A DNA stretch of 64,000 nucleotides from an uncultured Ruminococcus sp. (GCA_902792515.1 CADAZX010000001.1:72441-136440); one strand, 5' to 3'. Shown: positions 8,295 through 17,145, numbered from the stretch's first letter. Notes: a model not told the origin generated them from the letters alone. Translations and numbers: made by a program.

Positions 8295-9335
8295 TTAGAA
8301 TGCTTTTTTTCTGAGAATTACGAGGACGATGGCAGCCGCCGCAACGATGAAGAGAACCATCGTGGCGTCTCCTGTTACGGGGGTCGGGTCGGTTCCGGGT
8401 TCTGTGCCGGGATCTGTGCCGGGATCGTCACCGGGAACGGTGCCGTTCGGGTTGCCGTTGATCGAGAACTCAAGCGGGAGCTCGACAACGGTGCCGTTGG
8501 TGAGCTTCGCGATAAGTCTCGCTTCTTTTCCGCCCTCAAAAACGGTCGGGACCCAGATGCGGAAACGCGTAGCGTACTGTCCGCCCGCTTTGATAACGTC
8601 CTGTCCTGTCTCGAGCTTGAAATCGCCGTACGTCTCGACGCCGTCGAGTTTGTATCCGAGCTTGTCGATCTCGCCCTTGAAGCCTACCCAGCCGTAGAAG
8701 CCGATCTTGCTGAGGTTTTCAGCCGCAGCGTCGATGACGCCGTCCGGATAGTTTTCGTTGAACCAGTTTTGTGCCATCGAGGAAACGACCGGCGTGTCGT
8801 TGAAGTGGATCTCGTCGAACGAGTATCCCTTCATCTCCGCCAGCGGATCGGCTACTTCGCCGCCTGCTACGATGGTGATATCGGCCTCGTAGAACTCGGC
8901 CTCCGCTCCGTTGTTGTCAACGAAAATGAACGTAAAAACGTATTCGCCCGCATCAAGTCCGGTAAGCGGAACCTCAATGTTAACGCCCGGGGTCGCGTTG
9001 AGCGCTCTGTCATATGCCGAGAATTGGCCGAAAACGTCGTCTCTCGAGCCCTGCTCCACGGCGATGTCTTTGGCGTCGCCCGCGTCAATGTAGTACTTGA
9101 AGCTCTTGGGTCCGAACTCGGAAAGGAGCCATCCGCGAATGGATACCGACTCGGTGCCGAGACCGACTTCGAACGAAGTCACCGCGAGCCTCGAGGGGTT
9201 GCCGTCGGGAATGCTGACCTTTCCGCCCTGGTCGATATAGCAGTTGAACTGGCCGACGTCACCGTCAGCGTGTACCGCGATAGCTCCCATGCAGATGATC
9301 GCAACCGCGAGCATTATCGAAAGTATCTTTTTCAT
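8295..9335 (-). CDS. Secreted cell-surface protein with a C-terminal PVTGDAT-TM-RKKAF anchor (paralogue family)
   Basis: Signal peptide MKKILSIMLAVAIICMGAIAVHA. An internal GFYGWVGFKGEIDKLGYKLDG...YGDFK motif is shared with 63166..end. A PGTDPGTEPGTDPTP linker precedes a C-terminal tail nearly identical to that of 6567..8249. Confidence 0.7.
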   Translation of the reverse strand: MKKILSIMLAVAIICMGAIAVHADGDVGQFNCYIDQGGKVSIPDGNPSRLAVTSFEVGLGTESVSIRGWLLSEFGPKSFKYYIDAGDAKDIAVEQGSRDDVFGQFSAYDRALNATPGVNIEVPLTGLDAGEYVFTFIFVDNNGAEAEFYEADITIVAGGEVADPLAEMKGYSFDEIHFNDTPVVSSMAQNWFNENYPDGVIDAAAENLSKIGFYGWVGFKGEIDKLGYKLDGVETYGDFKLETGQDVIKAGGQYATRFRIWVPTVFEGGKEARLIAKLTNGTVVELPLEFSINGNPNGTVPGDDPGTDPGTEPGTDPTPVTGDATMVLFIVAAAAIVLVILRKKAF

Positions 9336-9530
9336 AGTTAACCTCCTAAAATAAGGTGCCGGAAAGGCACTTACCTTTATACAGCTACGGGTATTTTAAC
9401 ATCTTTCCGCATCCGGTGCAACATTTTTTTACCGGTTTTCAGATTATTTCAGATTATTCTCGCGAATATTTTTCACCTATTTTTCAAAATTGCGCGCAAA
9501 AAGCCTTCAATCAGGCGTTAATCAGGCGTT

Positions 9531-9576
9531 TTGACGCTGTTCGTGTTGCATGTTTTGATGATTATGTGATAAAATA
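9531..9576 (+). promoter_or_regulatory. Candidate promoter for the 9613 gene (TTGACG / TTGCAT -35 candidates, extended -10 TGnTAAAAT)
   Basis: ttgacgctgttcgtgttgcatgttttgatgattatgtgataaaat lies 35-80 nt upstream of the ATG. A tandem aatcaggcgtt x2 sits just upstream at 9508-9530. Confidence 0.35.
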
Positions 9577-9612
9577 CCGGCATACGTTAATTGCGAAAAC
9601 GGGAGGCGCTAA

Positions 9613-10920
9613 ATGTCTGACTGTTGTTTTCTCGCCGGCGCGGCGAAAGCTGATATCACCCCGGAAGTCGGTACTCTTCTTTACGGTTACAGGCCGGACT
9701 CTGTAAGCACGTCCGTTCACGACCCGCTTGAGGCGACAGCCGTCATGTTCCGCCAGGGCGACTCGTCGGCCTTGTTCATTTCCCTATCCGTGGGAGATCT
9801 CGGCACCGCCCTTGCGGACGAATTGCGCGATATCGCGGGAAAAGCCGCCGGAACCGCGTCCGGAAACGTTGTCATTGCCGCCACTCACACCCACTCCGCC
9901 CCGAACGTCTCGGGAATGGAAGGCTGGGGCGACATCGACAGACCTTACGTCGACAGCATCCTTATCCCCGCCGTCAAAAAATGTTCCGCCGCGGCGCTCG
10001 CTTCGCTCGCGCCCGCCGAACTTGCCTTTTCGACTGTCCGCTCCGAAGTCGGCATCAACCGGCGGCAACAGTTCCCGGACGGCTTCATCGGCCTTGGCCA
10101 GAACCCCTGGGGCTGCTTCGACCCGACGCTCACACTCATCGCGATCAGGCGCAAAACCGACAAAAAAGGCATCGTCAACATGCTCCACTACGGCTGCCAC
10201 GGCACCGCGGCCGGCGACAACCGCGAGATAACGCGCGACTGGCCGGGGGTGATGACCGACAGGCTTGAGAAAGAAACAGGTGTTTTGACCGGCTTCTGGA
10301 ACGGAGCGATCGGCGACGTTGGCCCGAGGCTCAGCAACGGCCGGACCACCGGAAACATAAGCTACGTCGAAGAACTCGGCGCGATCGCGGGCGACGACGC
10401 CGTAAGAGCTTACAAGGCGCTCGGAGAATACTCCGACGGCCTCCTGAAAGTCATTCCGTGCCTCATTTCCCTTCCCCGCAAGCCGCTCCCGCCGTACGAA
10501 GACGCCCGTGCCGCTCTCGACTCGTACAAAGAGCCCGAAAAGCTGATCAACATAAGCCGCCTCACGTACGCATATTATAAAGCGGTCTGCGACGAGTACG
10601 CTGCCGGCTGCCCGGATTACGAGCGCGAATTCACTTATCCCGCCGCGGTCGTCGCCATAGGCGAAGCGGTGTTCGTCCCGTTCCCGTTCGAGATCTTTTC
10701 GGAGATATCGATGCGCCTTCGCGCGTATTCCCCGTTCCCGCACACGCTCTGCCTCTCGAACGCCAACGGCTACAACGCCTATCTGCCCTCACAGGACCAG
10801 TTCGTGCGCGGAGGCTACGAGGTCGCGTGCTTCAGGTTCAGCGACGCCCACCCGCTGGCGGACAACTCAGACCAGCTGCTTATAGACAGGAATCTGGAAA
10901 TCATTTCGAAAATGTTTTAA
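9613..10920 (+). CDS. Neutral/alkaline ceramidase-like hydrolase
   Basis: N-terminus GAAKADITPEVG..LYGY...VHDPLEATAV resembles the neutral ceramidase N-terminal domain. RBS GGGAGG. Confidence 0.5.
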   Translation: MSDCCFLAGAAKADITPEVGTLLYGYRPDSVSTSVHDPLEATAVMFRQGDSSALFISLSVGDLGTALADELRDIAGKAAGTASGNVVIAATHTHSAPNVSGMEGWGDIDRPYVDSILIPAVKKCSAAALASLAPAELAFSTVRSEVGINRRQQFPDGFIGLGQNPWGCFDPTLTLIAIRRKTDKKGIVNMLHYGCHGTAAGDNREITRDWPGVMTDRLEKETGVLTGFWNGAIGDVGPRLSNGRTTGNISYVEELGAIAGDDAVRAYKALGEYSDGLLKVIPCLISLPRKPLPPYEDARAALDSYKEPEKLINISRLTYAYYKAVCDEYAAGCPDYEREFTYPAAVVAIGEAVFVPFPFEIFSEISMRLRAYSPFPHTLCLSNANGYNAYLPSQDQFVRGGYEVACFRFSDAHPLADNSDQLLIDRNLEIISKMF

Positions 10921-10972
10921 AACCAAAACATCATTTCAGCGTTAACTTTGTTCATACCTTTAGGAGGAAAAC

Positions 10973-12145
10973 ATGTACAGAATAGGTCAGGAAGAAATCG
11001 ACGCCGTCGCGAGAGCGATAATGAGCCGGCAGTTTTTCAAGATCAACGCCGCCGGGCAGGAAGTTTACAACTTTGAGGAGGAGTGGAAAAAGCTCACCGG
11101 CTCCGGATATATGATAACGATGACGTCCGGTTTTGCGGCGCTCTCGTCCGCCCTTATCGGTCTCGGCATCGGCCCGGGCGACGAGGTAATCGTTCCCGCT
11201 TACACATACATCGCCTCCGCGCTCGCGGTAACATCCGTCGGCGCAATTCCTGTGATTGCTGACGTCGACGACACGCTGACGCTCGACATGGACGACGTCG
11301 AACGCAAGCTCTCGTCCCACACAAAAGCCGTCATGCCGGTCTACATTCAGGGCTTCCCCGCCGACCTCGACAGGCTCACCGCCCTCGCGAAAAAACACGG
11401 CTTCGCGATCGTTGAGGACGCCTGCCAGGCCGACGGAGGAATGTACAAGGGCCGCTATCTCGGCACGATCGGCGACGCCGGCGCCTACTCGTTCAACTAC
11501 TTCAAGGTCATCACCTCGGGCGAAGGCGGCGCTCTCGTCACCAACAAGCGCGAGGTCTACGAGCGGGCTCTCATCTACCACGACGCAAGCGCCGTCGCGT
11601 TTTTCGGCGACCAGTTAAGCGGCATCTCGCAGCCCCTTTTCGGCGGCACCGAGTTCAGAATTTCCGACATCACCGGCGCGATCCTCCGCGAGCAGCTCAA
11701 GAAAATGCCCGCCATTCTGGCCGATCTGAGGCGCAACCGCGACGCGCTCTCCGAGCTCGTGTGCGAAAACGGTCCCTTCACGCAGGCACCCTCCCACGAC
11801 ATCGAAGGCGACTGCGGCACCACGCTCGCTCTCCGCTTTGAGACGGCCGAAGAGTGCCGCGCGGTCCAGGCCCGCTGCCTCGAAAAAGGCCTCTGGCTGA
11901 CCGTCCCGATTGACACCGGCAAGCACATCTACACGAACTGGACCCAGATCATGGAAAAGCGCGGCGCCCTGCACCCCGCCATGGACCCGTTCCTCATGAA
12001 AGAAAACCAAGGTCTTCAGATGAACTACACCATGGACATGTGCCCGCGGACGCTCGACCTCCTCTCCAGAACCGTCTACGTCGGCATAAGCCCCGACTGG
12101 ACTCCCGCCGACATCGAGTCCACCGCAGCGATTCTCAAAGGCTGA
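10973..12145 (+). CDS. DegT/DnrJ/EryC1/StrS-family PLP-dependent (sugar) aminotransferase
   Basis: GDEVIVPAYTYIASA, AYSFNYFKVITSGEGGALVTN and the DegT-family lysine region. RBS AGGAGG. Confidence 0.8.
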   Translation: MYRIGQEEIDAVARAIMSRQFFKINAAGQEVYNFEEEWKKLTGSGYMITMTSGFAALSSALIGLGIGPGDEVIVPAYTYIASALAVTSVGAIPVIADVDDTLTLDMDDVERKLSSHTKAVMPVYIQGFPADLDRLTALAKKHGFAIVEDACQADGGMYKGRYLGTIGDAGAYSFNYFKVITSGEGGALVTNKREVYERALIYHDASAVAFFGDQLSGISQPLFGGTEFRISDITGAILREQLKKMPAILADLRRNRDALSELVCENGPFTQAPSHDIEGDCGTTLALRFETAEECRAVQARCLEKGLWLTVPIDTGKHIYTNWTQIMEKRGALHPAMDPFLMKENQGLQMNYTMDMCPRTLDLLSRTVYVGISPDWTPADIESTAAILKG

Positions 12146-12162
12146 AATCCCCTATAATTAGT

Positions 12163-12207
12163 AAAAAAGTGCGGGCGGAGCCACCGGCTCCGCCCGCACT
12201 TTTTTAC
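12163..12207. terminator. Bidirectional rho-independent terminator between the convergent genes 10973..12145 and 12251..13390
   Basis: aaaaaaGTGCGGGCGGAGCC-accg-GCTCCGCCCGCACtttttt: a perfect 15-bp stem flanked by an A-run and a T-run. Confidence 0.8.
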
Positions 12208-12250
12208 TGTACGATTTTCCCTTTTTAAAGAAGCATTTTTAACCGATACT

Positions 12251-13390
12251 TTAAGGAAGCATCTTTCCGAATACTCTGTCGAGCACCGCGCCGATCTGGC
12301 CCGCATCCGGGTCGACCGGATTTGCCGTCGTGCAGATATCCTCAAGCGCCGCCTGAATGATTCTGCTTCTGTGCTCGGTGTAGTTCGGCAGGTTCACGCC
12401 GGCCTGGAGAAGCGACGACGGAATCTGAAGCTCGTTGATTAGCTTGTTGATCTCGCGGACAAGATACTGAACGGAGAGTCTCGTTCCCGCCGCGGGCAGC
12501 CCTATTATTCTCGCGATCTCCGCGTACCTTTTCGCCGTGGGCGACTTGTCAGCGCCGAACGGCACGTTTAGAGCCGAGTTGAACGCGATCACGTGGGGCA
12601 GCGTTATCGCGTTTGCCTCGCCGTGAGGAATGTGGAACGCCGCGCCGACTGCGTGTGAGATCGAGTGGCAGATGCCGAGCCCCGCCTTCGTGAACGCCAG
12701 TCCCGCCAGGTACGAAGCCATCATCATATTTTCGCGGGCTGCATCGTCGTCACCGTTTTTGAACGCCTCGGGCAGCCACTCGAACGCGAGCTTGAGCGCC
12801 TTTTCGGCATACGCATCTGTAATCGGGTTCGCGCCCTTCGCGACGTACGCCTCGAACGCGTGTGTAATGACGTCCATTCCCGTGAAAGCGGTGACCTTGG
12901 GCGGCACCGTCTTCGTGAGCTTGTAGTCGAGGATCGCGAGGTCCGGGATCATCCTGTCGTCTGCGAGCGGAATCTTCCTGCCCGCGTCCTCGTCCCTGAT
13001 TACCGTGTAGTTCGTAACCTCCGAGCCCGTTCCGCTTGTCGTCGGAATCGCCACGAATTCCGGGTGAACGTTCATGCCGTCCAGCACCAGAATGACCGCC
13101 TTGGCCGTGTCGATCGCGCTTCCGCCTCCGAGCGCCACAATTACCTCCGCTCCCTTGTCCGTAACGAACTTCAGGCAGTCGGTCACGAGCGTCAGCGTCG
13201 GATCCGGCATAACCTTGTCGTAAACGCTCACGTTGCACGTCCTTAGAAGGTTCACGATCCTGTCGCAGATCCCGTTTTCCTTCATGACCGCGTCGGTAAT
13301 AACGGTCACGTTTTTCTTGCAGTACCTGCCGAGCGCGTCAGTCGCGCCCGCTCCGAATATTAAGTTTGAGCTGATTTGAAATTCCGTCAT
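12251..13390 (-). CDS. Iron-containing (group III) alcohol dehydrogenase, likely lactaldehyde/propanol oxidoreductase (FucO/PduQ-like)
   Basis: GGGSAIDTAKAV, the metal-binding HxxxH region and the Fe-ADH fold. It sits next to the DeoR regulator at the edge of the microcompartment locus. Confidence 0.8.
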   Translation of the reverse strand: MTEFQISSNLIFGAGATDALGRYCKKNVTVITDAVMKENGICDRIVNLLRTCNVSVYDKVMPDPTLTLVTDCLKFVTDKGAEVIVALGGGSAIDTAKAVILVLDGMNVHPEFVAIPTTSGTGSEVTNYTVIRDEDAGRKIPLADDRMIPDLAILDYKLTKTVPPKVTAFTGMDVITHAFEAYVAKGANPITDAYAEKALKLAFEWLPEAFKNGDDDAARENMMMASYLAGLAFTKAGLGICHSISHAVGAAFHIPHGEANAITLPHVIAFNSALNVPFGADKSPTAKRYAEIARIIGLPAAGTRLSVQYLVREINKLINELQIPSSLLQAGVNLPNYTEHRSRIIQAALEDICTTANPVDPDAGQIGAVLDRVFGKMLP

Positions 13391-13453
13391 AAAAAGCTCC
13401 GAAACTCTCTAAAATGTCGTTTTGTCTCCGCCGCGGCCCCTGCGCTTTTCCGC

Positions 13454-14227
13454 TCAGGCCTCCTGCAGCGGGTAGAGAAGCCCGATCTGCCTCTCCGCAA
13501 AAAACTCCGTCCACTCGATGCCCGGGTTCCTGTCCGTGACAACTATGTCCACGTCCTCGACCTTGCAGATTTCCACCAGCGACACCCGGTTGAACTTCGT
13601 ACTGTCGATCGCGAGAATTTTCGTCCTCGCCGCCCCGATTATCGCCTTTTTGATCTCCGCGTCCTCGTCGTTCGAGTCCGTCAGACCGTTGCGCATGTCG
13701 ATTCCCTTGCACGAAAATATCGCGTAGTCAACGTGGAACGACTTTATCGCCTCGACCGCCCGCGCCCCGACGAACGCGTAGCCGCCCTCCTTGAGCATGC
13801 CCCCTGTCGCGAAAACCCTCCAAAACGGCTTGTCGCACAGCTCGCAAACGATCTCGGACGAATTCGTGATGACCGTCAGGTTCTTCCTGACCTTGAGCGC
13901 CTTGATCACGAAAAGCGCCGTCGAGCTGCCGTCGAGCATCACGTTCGAGCTCTCGGGAATGATATCCCCGGTCACGTTCGCTATCGCCTGCTTGAGTTCC
14001 ACGTTCGACAGCTTTCTGACCGAATACGGCAGGTCGACGTCCGAGCTCTCCGCCAAAACCGCGCCGCCGTAGATTTTCCTCGCGACGCCCTCGTTTTCAA
14101 GCTTGAGAAGGTCTCTCCTGACGGTCTCCTCCGTAACGTCAAAATGCGTCGCAAGGTCGCTGACTATTACCTTTTTCTCTTTCTGAAGCAAGTCCTTAAT
14201 GTACTGCTTCCTCTCGATTGCCAGCAT
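13454..14227 (-). CDS. DeoR/GlpR-family transcriptional regulator
   Basis: N-terminal HTH (RKQYIKDLLQKEKKVIVSDLATHFDVTEETVRRDL) plus a C-terminal DeoR sugar-binding domain. Confidence 0.9.
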   Translation of the reverse strand: MLAIERKQYIKDLLQKEKKVIVSDLATHFDVTEETVRRDLLKLENEGVARKIYGGAVLAESSDVDLPYSVRKLSNVELKQAIANVTGDIIPESSNVMLDGSSTALFVIKALKVRKNLTVITNSSEIVCELCDKPFWRVFATGGMLKEGGYAFVGARAVEAIKSFHVDYAIFSCKGIDMRNGLTDSNDEDAEIKKAIIGAARTKILAIDSTKFNRVSLVEICKVEDVDIVVTDRNPGIEWTEFFAERQIGLLYPLQEA

Positions 14228-14266
14228 CTCTGAAACGCGCCTGCTCTTTCTTCTGTAAAATCCGAT

Positions 14267-14391
14267 GTGTCTCCGCTTGGTCTCCGGTTTAGCTGCCGCA
14301 CTTACCTTAATTCAACGACGCCGCAGCTTTATGTTGGCGGCATGAACGATTCCGCGAAGCGGTCAAGTGAAGGACGCAACTTAAAGTGCGG
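14267..14391. repeat. Intergenic modular repeat, copy A (block X 14267-14295 plus hairpin block Y 14320-14391)
   Basis: Block X is near-identical to 25857-25887. Block Y is near-identical to 25941-26012 and to the reverse complement of 47030-47107. Y has a long imperfect stem enclosing ccgc-gaa-gcgg. Confidence 0.8.
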
Positions 14392-14619
14392 CTGATAATT
14401 TTAGTTGTGTCTACAGCCGGAAATCTGCTGTCCCGAAAATCTGCGCTCTGGAAACTGCAAAGTCCGGAGCTATTTTTGCGTGCGGTCGTCCGAAGCTGTA
14501 CGAAGGTACTGCGAGCGGCGACCTCGCGCAAAGCAGTTTGCCGGGCAATCGCCATAGGCCCCTTATTTTTATATTACAATTCGGCAAACTGCGTAAAGAG
14601 CCCGGAATCTGCAGTTTCC

Positions 14620-15180
14620 TTAGACTATGGTTTCCCAGAGCTTCTTGTCCGGGCGAGGAATGATCGCGCTGTCGAGGCACATGCCTTCCTCCGCGACCGT
14701 CGCTATCGCCTTTTCCACCGCCGCCGTAACCGCCGCCACGTCGCCGGTAAAGAGTACGTACGACTTTCCGGCCATACCGTTCGCGAGCCTCAGCTCAACG
14801 AGCCGGACCTCCGCGGTTTTCGCCGCCACATCAGCCGCGACGATTGCGCCGGCTACCGAAAAAGTCTCAACGATTCCGAGCGCCTCGACCTCTCCGAACT
14901 CCGCGGCACCGAACATTGCCGAGAAGATCGACTCGTGCGGGTTGCCGAGCACGAAGCTGTCCACGAGCATTTCCGGGAAATTCGTTTTCGCCGCTTCGAT
15001 CGCGGCCTTCACGCTTCCGAGCCTTCCCGAGACGAGAATCACGTACTTTCCGGGGCAAACCGGGTGCGCGTCAAGCACCTCGACCTCGGCCGCCTTGATA
15101 AGGATATCGGCCGCTTTGAGACCCGTTGAAATCGTTCTGTATTCGACTAAGCCAATTGCACTGCTCATACCGGTTTTCAC
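14620..15180 (-). CDS. pduT: Tandem-domain BMC-T shell protein, PduT-like
   Basis: Two Pfam00936-type BMC domains. EMLVDSFVLGNPH, GIVETFSVAG and IPRPD motifs, and a Cys in the first domain (HPVCPGKY), match PduT. Confidence 0.8.
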   Translation of the reverse strand: MKTGMSSAIGLVEYRTISTGLKAADILIKAAEVEVLDAHPVCPGKYVILVSGRLGSVKAAIEAAKTNFPEMLVDSFVLGNPHESIFSAMFGAAEFGEVEALGIVETFSVAGAIVAADVAAKTAEVRLVELRLANGMAGKSYVLFTGDVAAVTAAVEKAIATVAEEGMCLDSAIIPRPDKKLWETIV

Positions 15181-15224
15181 CTTTCGTGTATTGCAAACAA
15201 ATCAAACCTCCGCCTTGCCGCTGT

Positions 15225-16562
15225 TTACTGACGGCGCGCGGTAATAACTATCTCTTTATCAGTTACGCTCTCGACTGTTCCGTCGATCGGAGAGTGGAGC
15301 GCGACGCCGAGGCTGGTTGCGGGGGTTGCCGCGATCAGCTGGTTTTTCGTCACCTCATCGCCCGCTTTAACGGAAGGAACGCACGGTACGCCGATGTGCT
15401 GCGAGAGCTTCAGGCGCAGGCGCGTGTATTTCGTTCCTGTCTCGGTGAGGGGCGCGGGAATGTCGTACCTGGAAAGTCCGAGCCTCGCGGTAAGCCTCTC
15501 CTTAGAGAGCATTCTGTGCGGTCTCGTCGCGGAAACGGGCTTCAGCTCCGCCTGTCCGGCCATCGCCACGCCGTGCTTTCTGAGACCTGCCTTGTACTCG
15601 TTGATGAGCGTTTTCGGCGAGAGGCCCTGAGGGCAGGCGTACATCTCGCATACGCCGCAGCCGCAGCAGTAAAGCGTCCCGAGGAACGGTTTCACGTTGT
15701 CCGATCTGAGGCTGACGCCGGCGGTCATAAAGTCGGCCGGTGATATCGGCTCGCCGAGAAGGTGGCGCGGGCAGAGATCCGAACACATGTGGCAGTTGCA
15801 GCAGACGGCTTTCGCCCTTCTGAACTGGAGCTTGATGTTCGGTCTGTGGTGCGTTACCACGTAGGAGTTGTCCGGGAGCAGAATGATGCTGCTCGTCGTC
15901 TTCGTCACAACTCCGTCGGGTCCGGTGAGCGTGCCCATCATCGGTCCGCCGCAGAGGTAGACCGGATTTTCGATCGTCGCGCCGCCGGCTGCCTCAACGA
16001 GCTCCGCGAAAGTAACTCCGAGCGGAACCTTGAGCGTGACGGGGTTCCTGACCTCGCCGCAAACGGTCACGAACTTTTCGGTGACAGGCGTGTCCGCGTG
16101 GATCGCGTTATATATGTTGAGCATCGTCTCGACGTTGTAAACAACGCACCCCACCGCGATCGGAATGCTTCCGGGCGGCACGACTCTGCCTGTTGTCTCG
16201 TAAATCGTCACAACCTCGTCGCCTGCCGGGTAGATCTCGGGCAGAAGGCCGATCTTGATGTGGCGGAACGACGAAAGATTCGCCGTGATCGCCTCCACAG
16301 CGCGTCCGTACGACTGCTTGATTGCGATAATGACATTCGAAACTTCAAGCGCATCTGCGACGTCCTCGAGCGCGGTCATGATCTCGTAAGCGTACTTTTC
16401 CATGACCTGGCGGTGCAGCTTGAGAAGAGGCTCGCACTCGGCGCAGTTAAGAATAACCGTGTCGGCAGACTTGTTGAGTTTGGCGTGCGAAGGGAATCCC
16501 GCTCCGCCGCAGCCGACGATGCCGTTGTTCCGCAATATTTCGATAAGCCTTGACAGTTCCAT
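15225..16562 (-). CDS. pduS: RnfC/NuoF-like Fe-S flavoprotein, PduS-like (cobalamin reductase / electron-transfer protein of microcompartments)
   Basis: GCGGAGFP NADH-binding motif, two 4Fe-4S Cys clusters (CCNCHMCSDLCP; CCGCGVCEMYACP), ~445 aa. Confidence 0.75.
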   Translation of the reverse strand: MELSRLIEILRNNGIVGCGGAGFPSHAKLNKSADTVILNCAECEPLLKLHRQVMEKYAYEIMTALEDVADALEVSNVIIAIKQSYGRAVEAITANLSSFRHIKIGLLPEIYPAGDEVVTIYETTGRVVPPGSIPIAVGCVVYNVETMLNIYNAIHADTPVTEKFVTVCGEVRNPVTLKVPLGVTFAELVEAAGGATIENPVYLCGGPMMGTLTGPDGVVTKTTSSIILLPDNSYVVTHHRPNIKLQFRRAKAVCCNCHMCSDLCPRHLLGEPISPADFMTAGVSLRSDNVKPFLGTLYCCGCGVCEMYACPQGLSPKTLINEYKAGLRKHGVAMAGQAELKPVSATRPHRMLSKERLTARLGLSRYDIPAPLTETGTKYTRLRLKLSQHIGVPCVPSVKAGDEVTKNQLIAATPATSLGVALHSPIDGTVESVTDKEIVITARRQ

Positions 16563-16881
16563 AAATCAATGTCTCTTTCCACCGTGATGCAAAGGCCGTC
16601 CCGCCCTTCCGGTTTTTCACCTTCAAATAGGCGAAAATCGCACGCGCAGCCTCTGCGGTAAAAGTTATTCGTTCGCGCCGCCTCCGCCTTAAGTCTTACC
16701 GTATTTCCGGGAAATATCCCGCGAAGGCAAAACCGCATCGCTCCACTAAGTGGCAGAGCTTTCCGCGGCGCGTTGTTATCCTGTTCAGCCCGTGCGGAAA
16801 GCCTTCCGCAACAGGATCAAAGGTTCCGTTTGCGGCCGCCCCGCTTGTTTTTAAAAGGCGGGGCGGCCTTCAGCGGACCTT

Positions 16882-17145
16882 TTACTCGAGTCCTATGCTG
16901 TCGTCGACGATACCCACAATCGCGGCGTCGATGGGACAGTTGACAAGACCGCAGCCGATTCTGGCCGCGCTTCCTTCGGCGACAAGCACGATTTCGCCTA
17001 TGCCGGCGCCGACGTTGTCGATGGCAACAATTCGCTTTTTGTCGGCCATGCTCTCCATGGGCTCGATGATCATGAACTTATTGCCTATAAGATTTTCGTT
17101 TTTTCTCGTGGCAACGACGCTGCCAACCACTCTTCCTACCAGCAT
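16882..17145 (-). CDS. pduN: BMC vertex (pentamer) protein, EutN/PduN/CcmL family
   Basis: 87 aa. MLVGRVVGSVVAT...KFMIIEP is typical of Pfam03319. Confidence 0.9.
   Translation of the reverse strand: MLVGRVVGSVVATRKNENLIGNKFMIIEPMESMADKKRIVAIDNVGAGIGEIVLVAEGSAARIGCGLVNCPIDAAIVGIVDDSIGLE

Noticed and set aside
14320-14391. tRNA or tmRNA fragment in repeat block Y
   Set aside because: It forms a single long imperfect hairpin with a small internal stem. There is no cloverleaf, T-loop GTTC or anticodon arm.
16563-16881. Possible cobalamin riboswitch in the pduN-pduS spacer (PduS is a cobalamin reductase homologue)
   Set aside because: The reverse complement contains a GCCACT-like segment but lacks the conserved B12-box (AGYCMGGAAGRCCTGCC) and the GGTG...CCCGCAACGGT core as far as can be judged by eye. 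It is kept only as an unexplained structured spacer.
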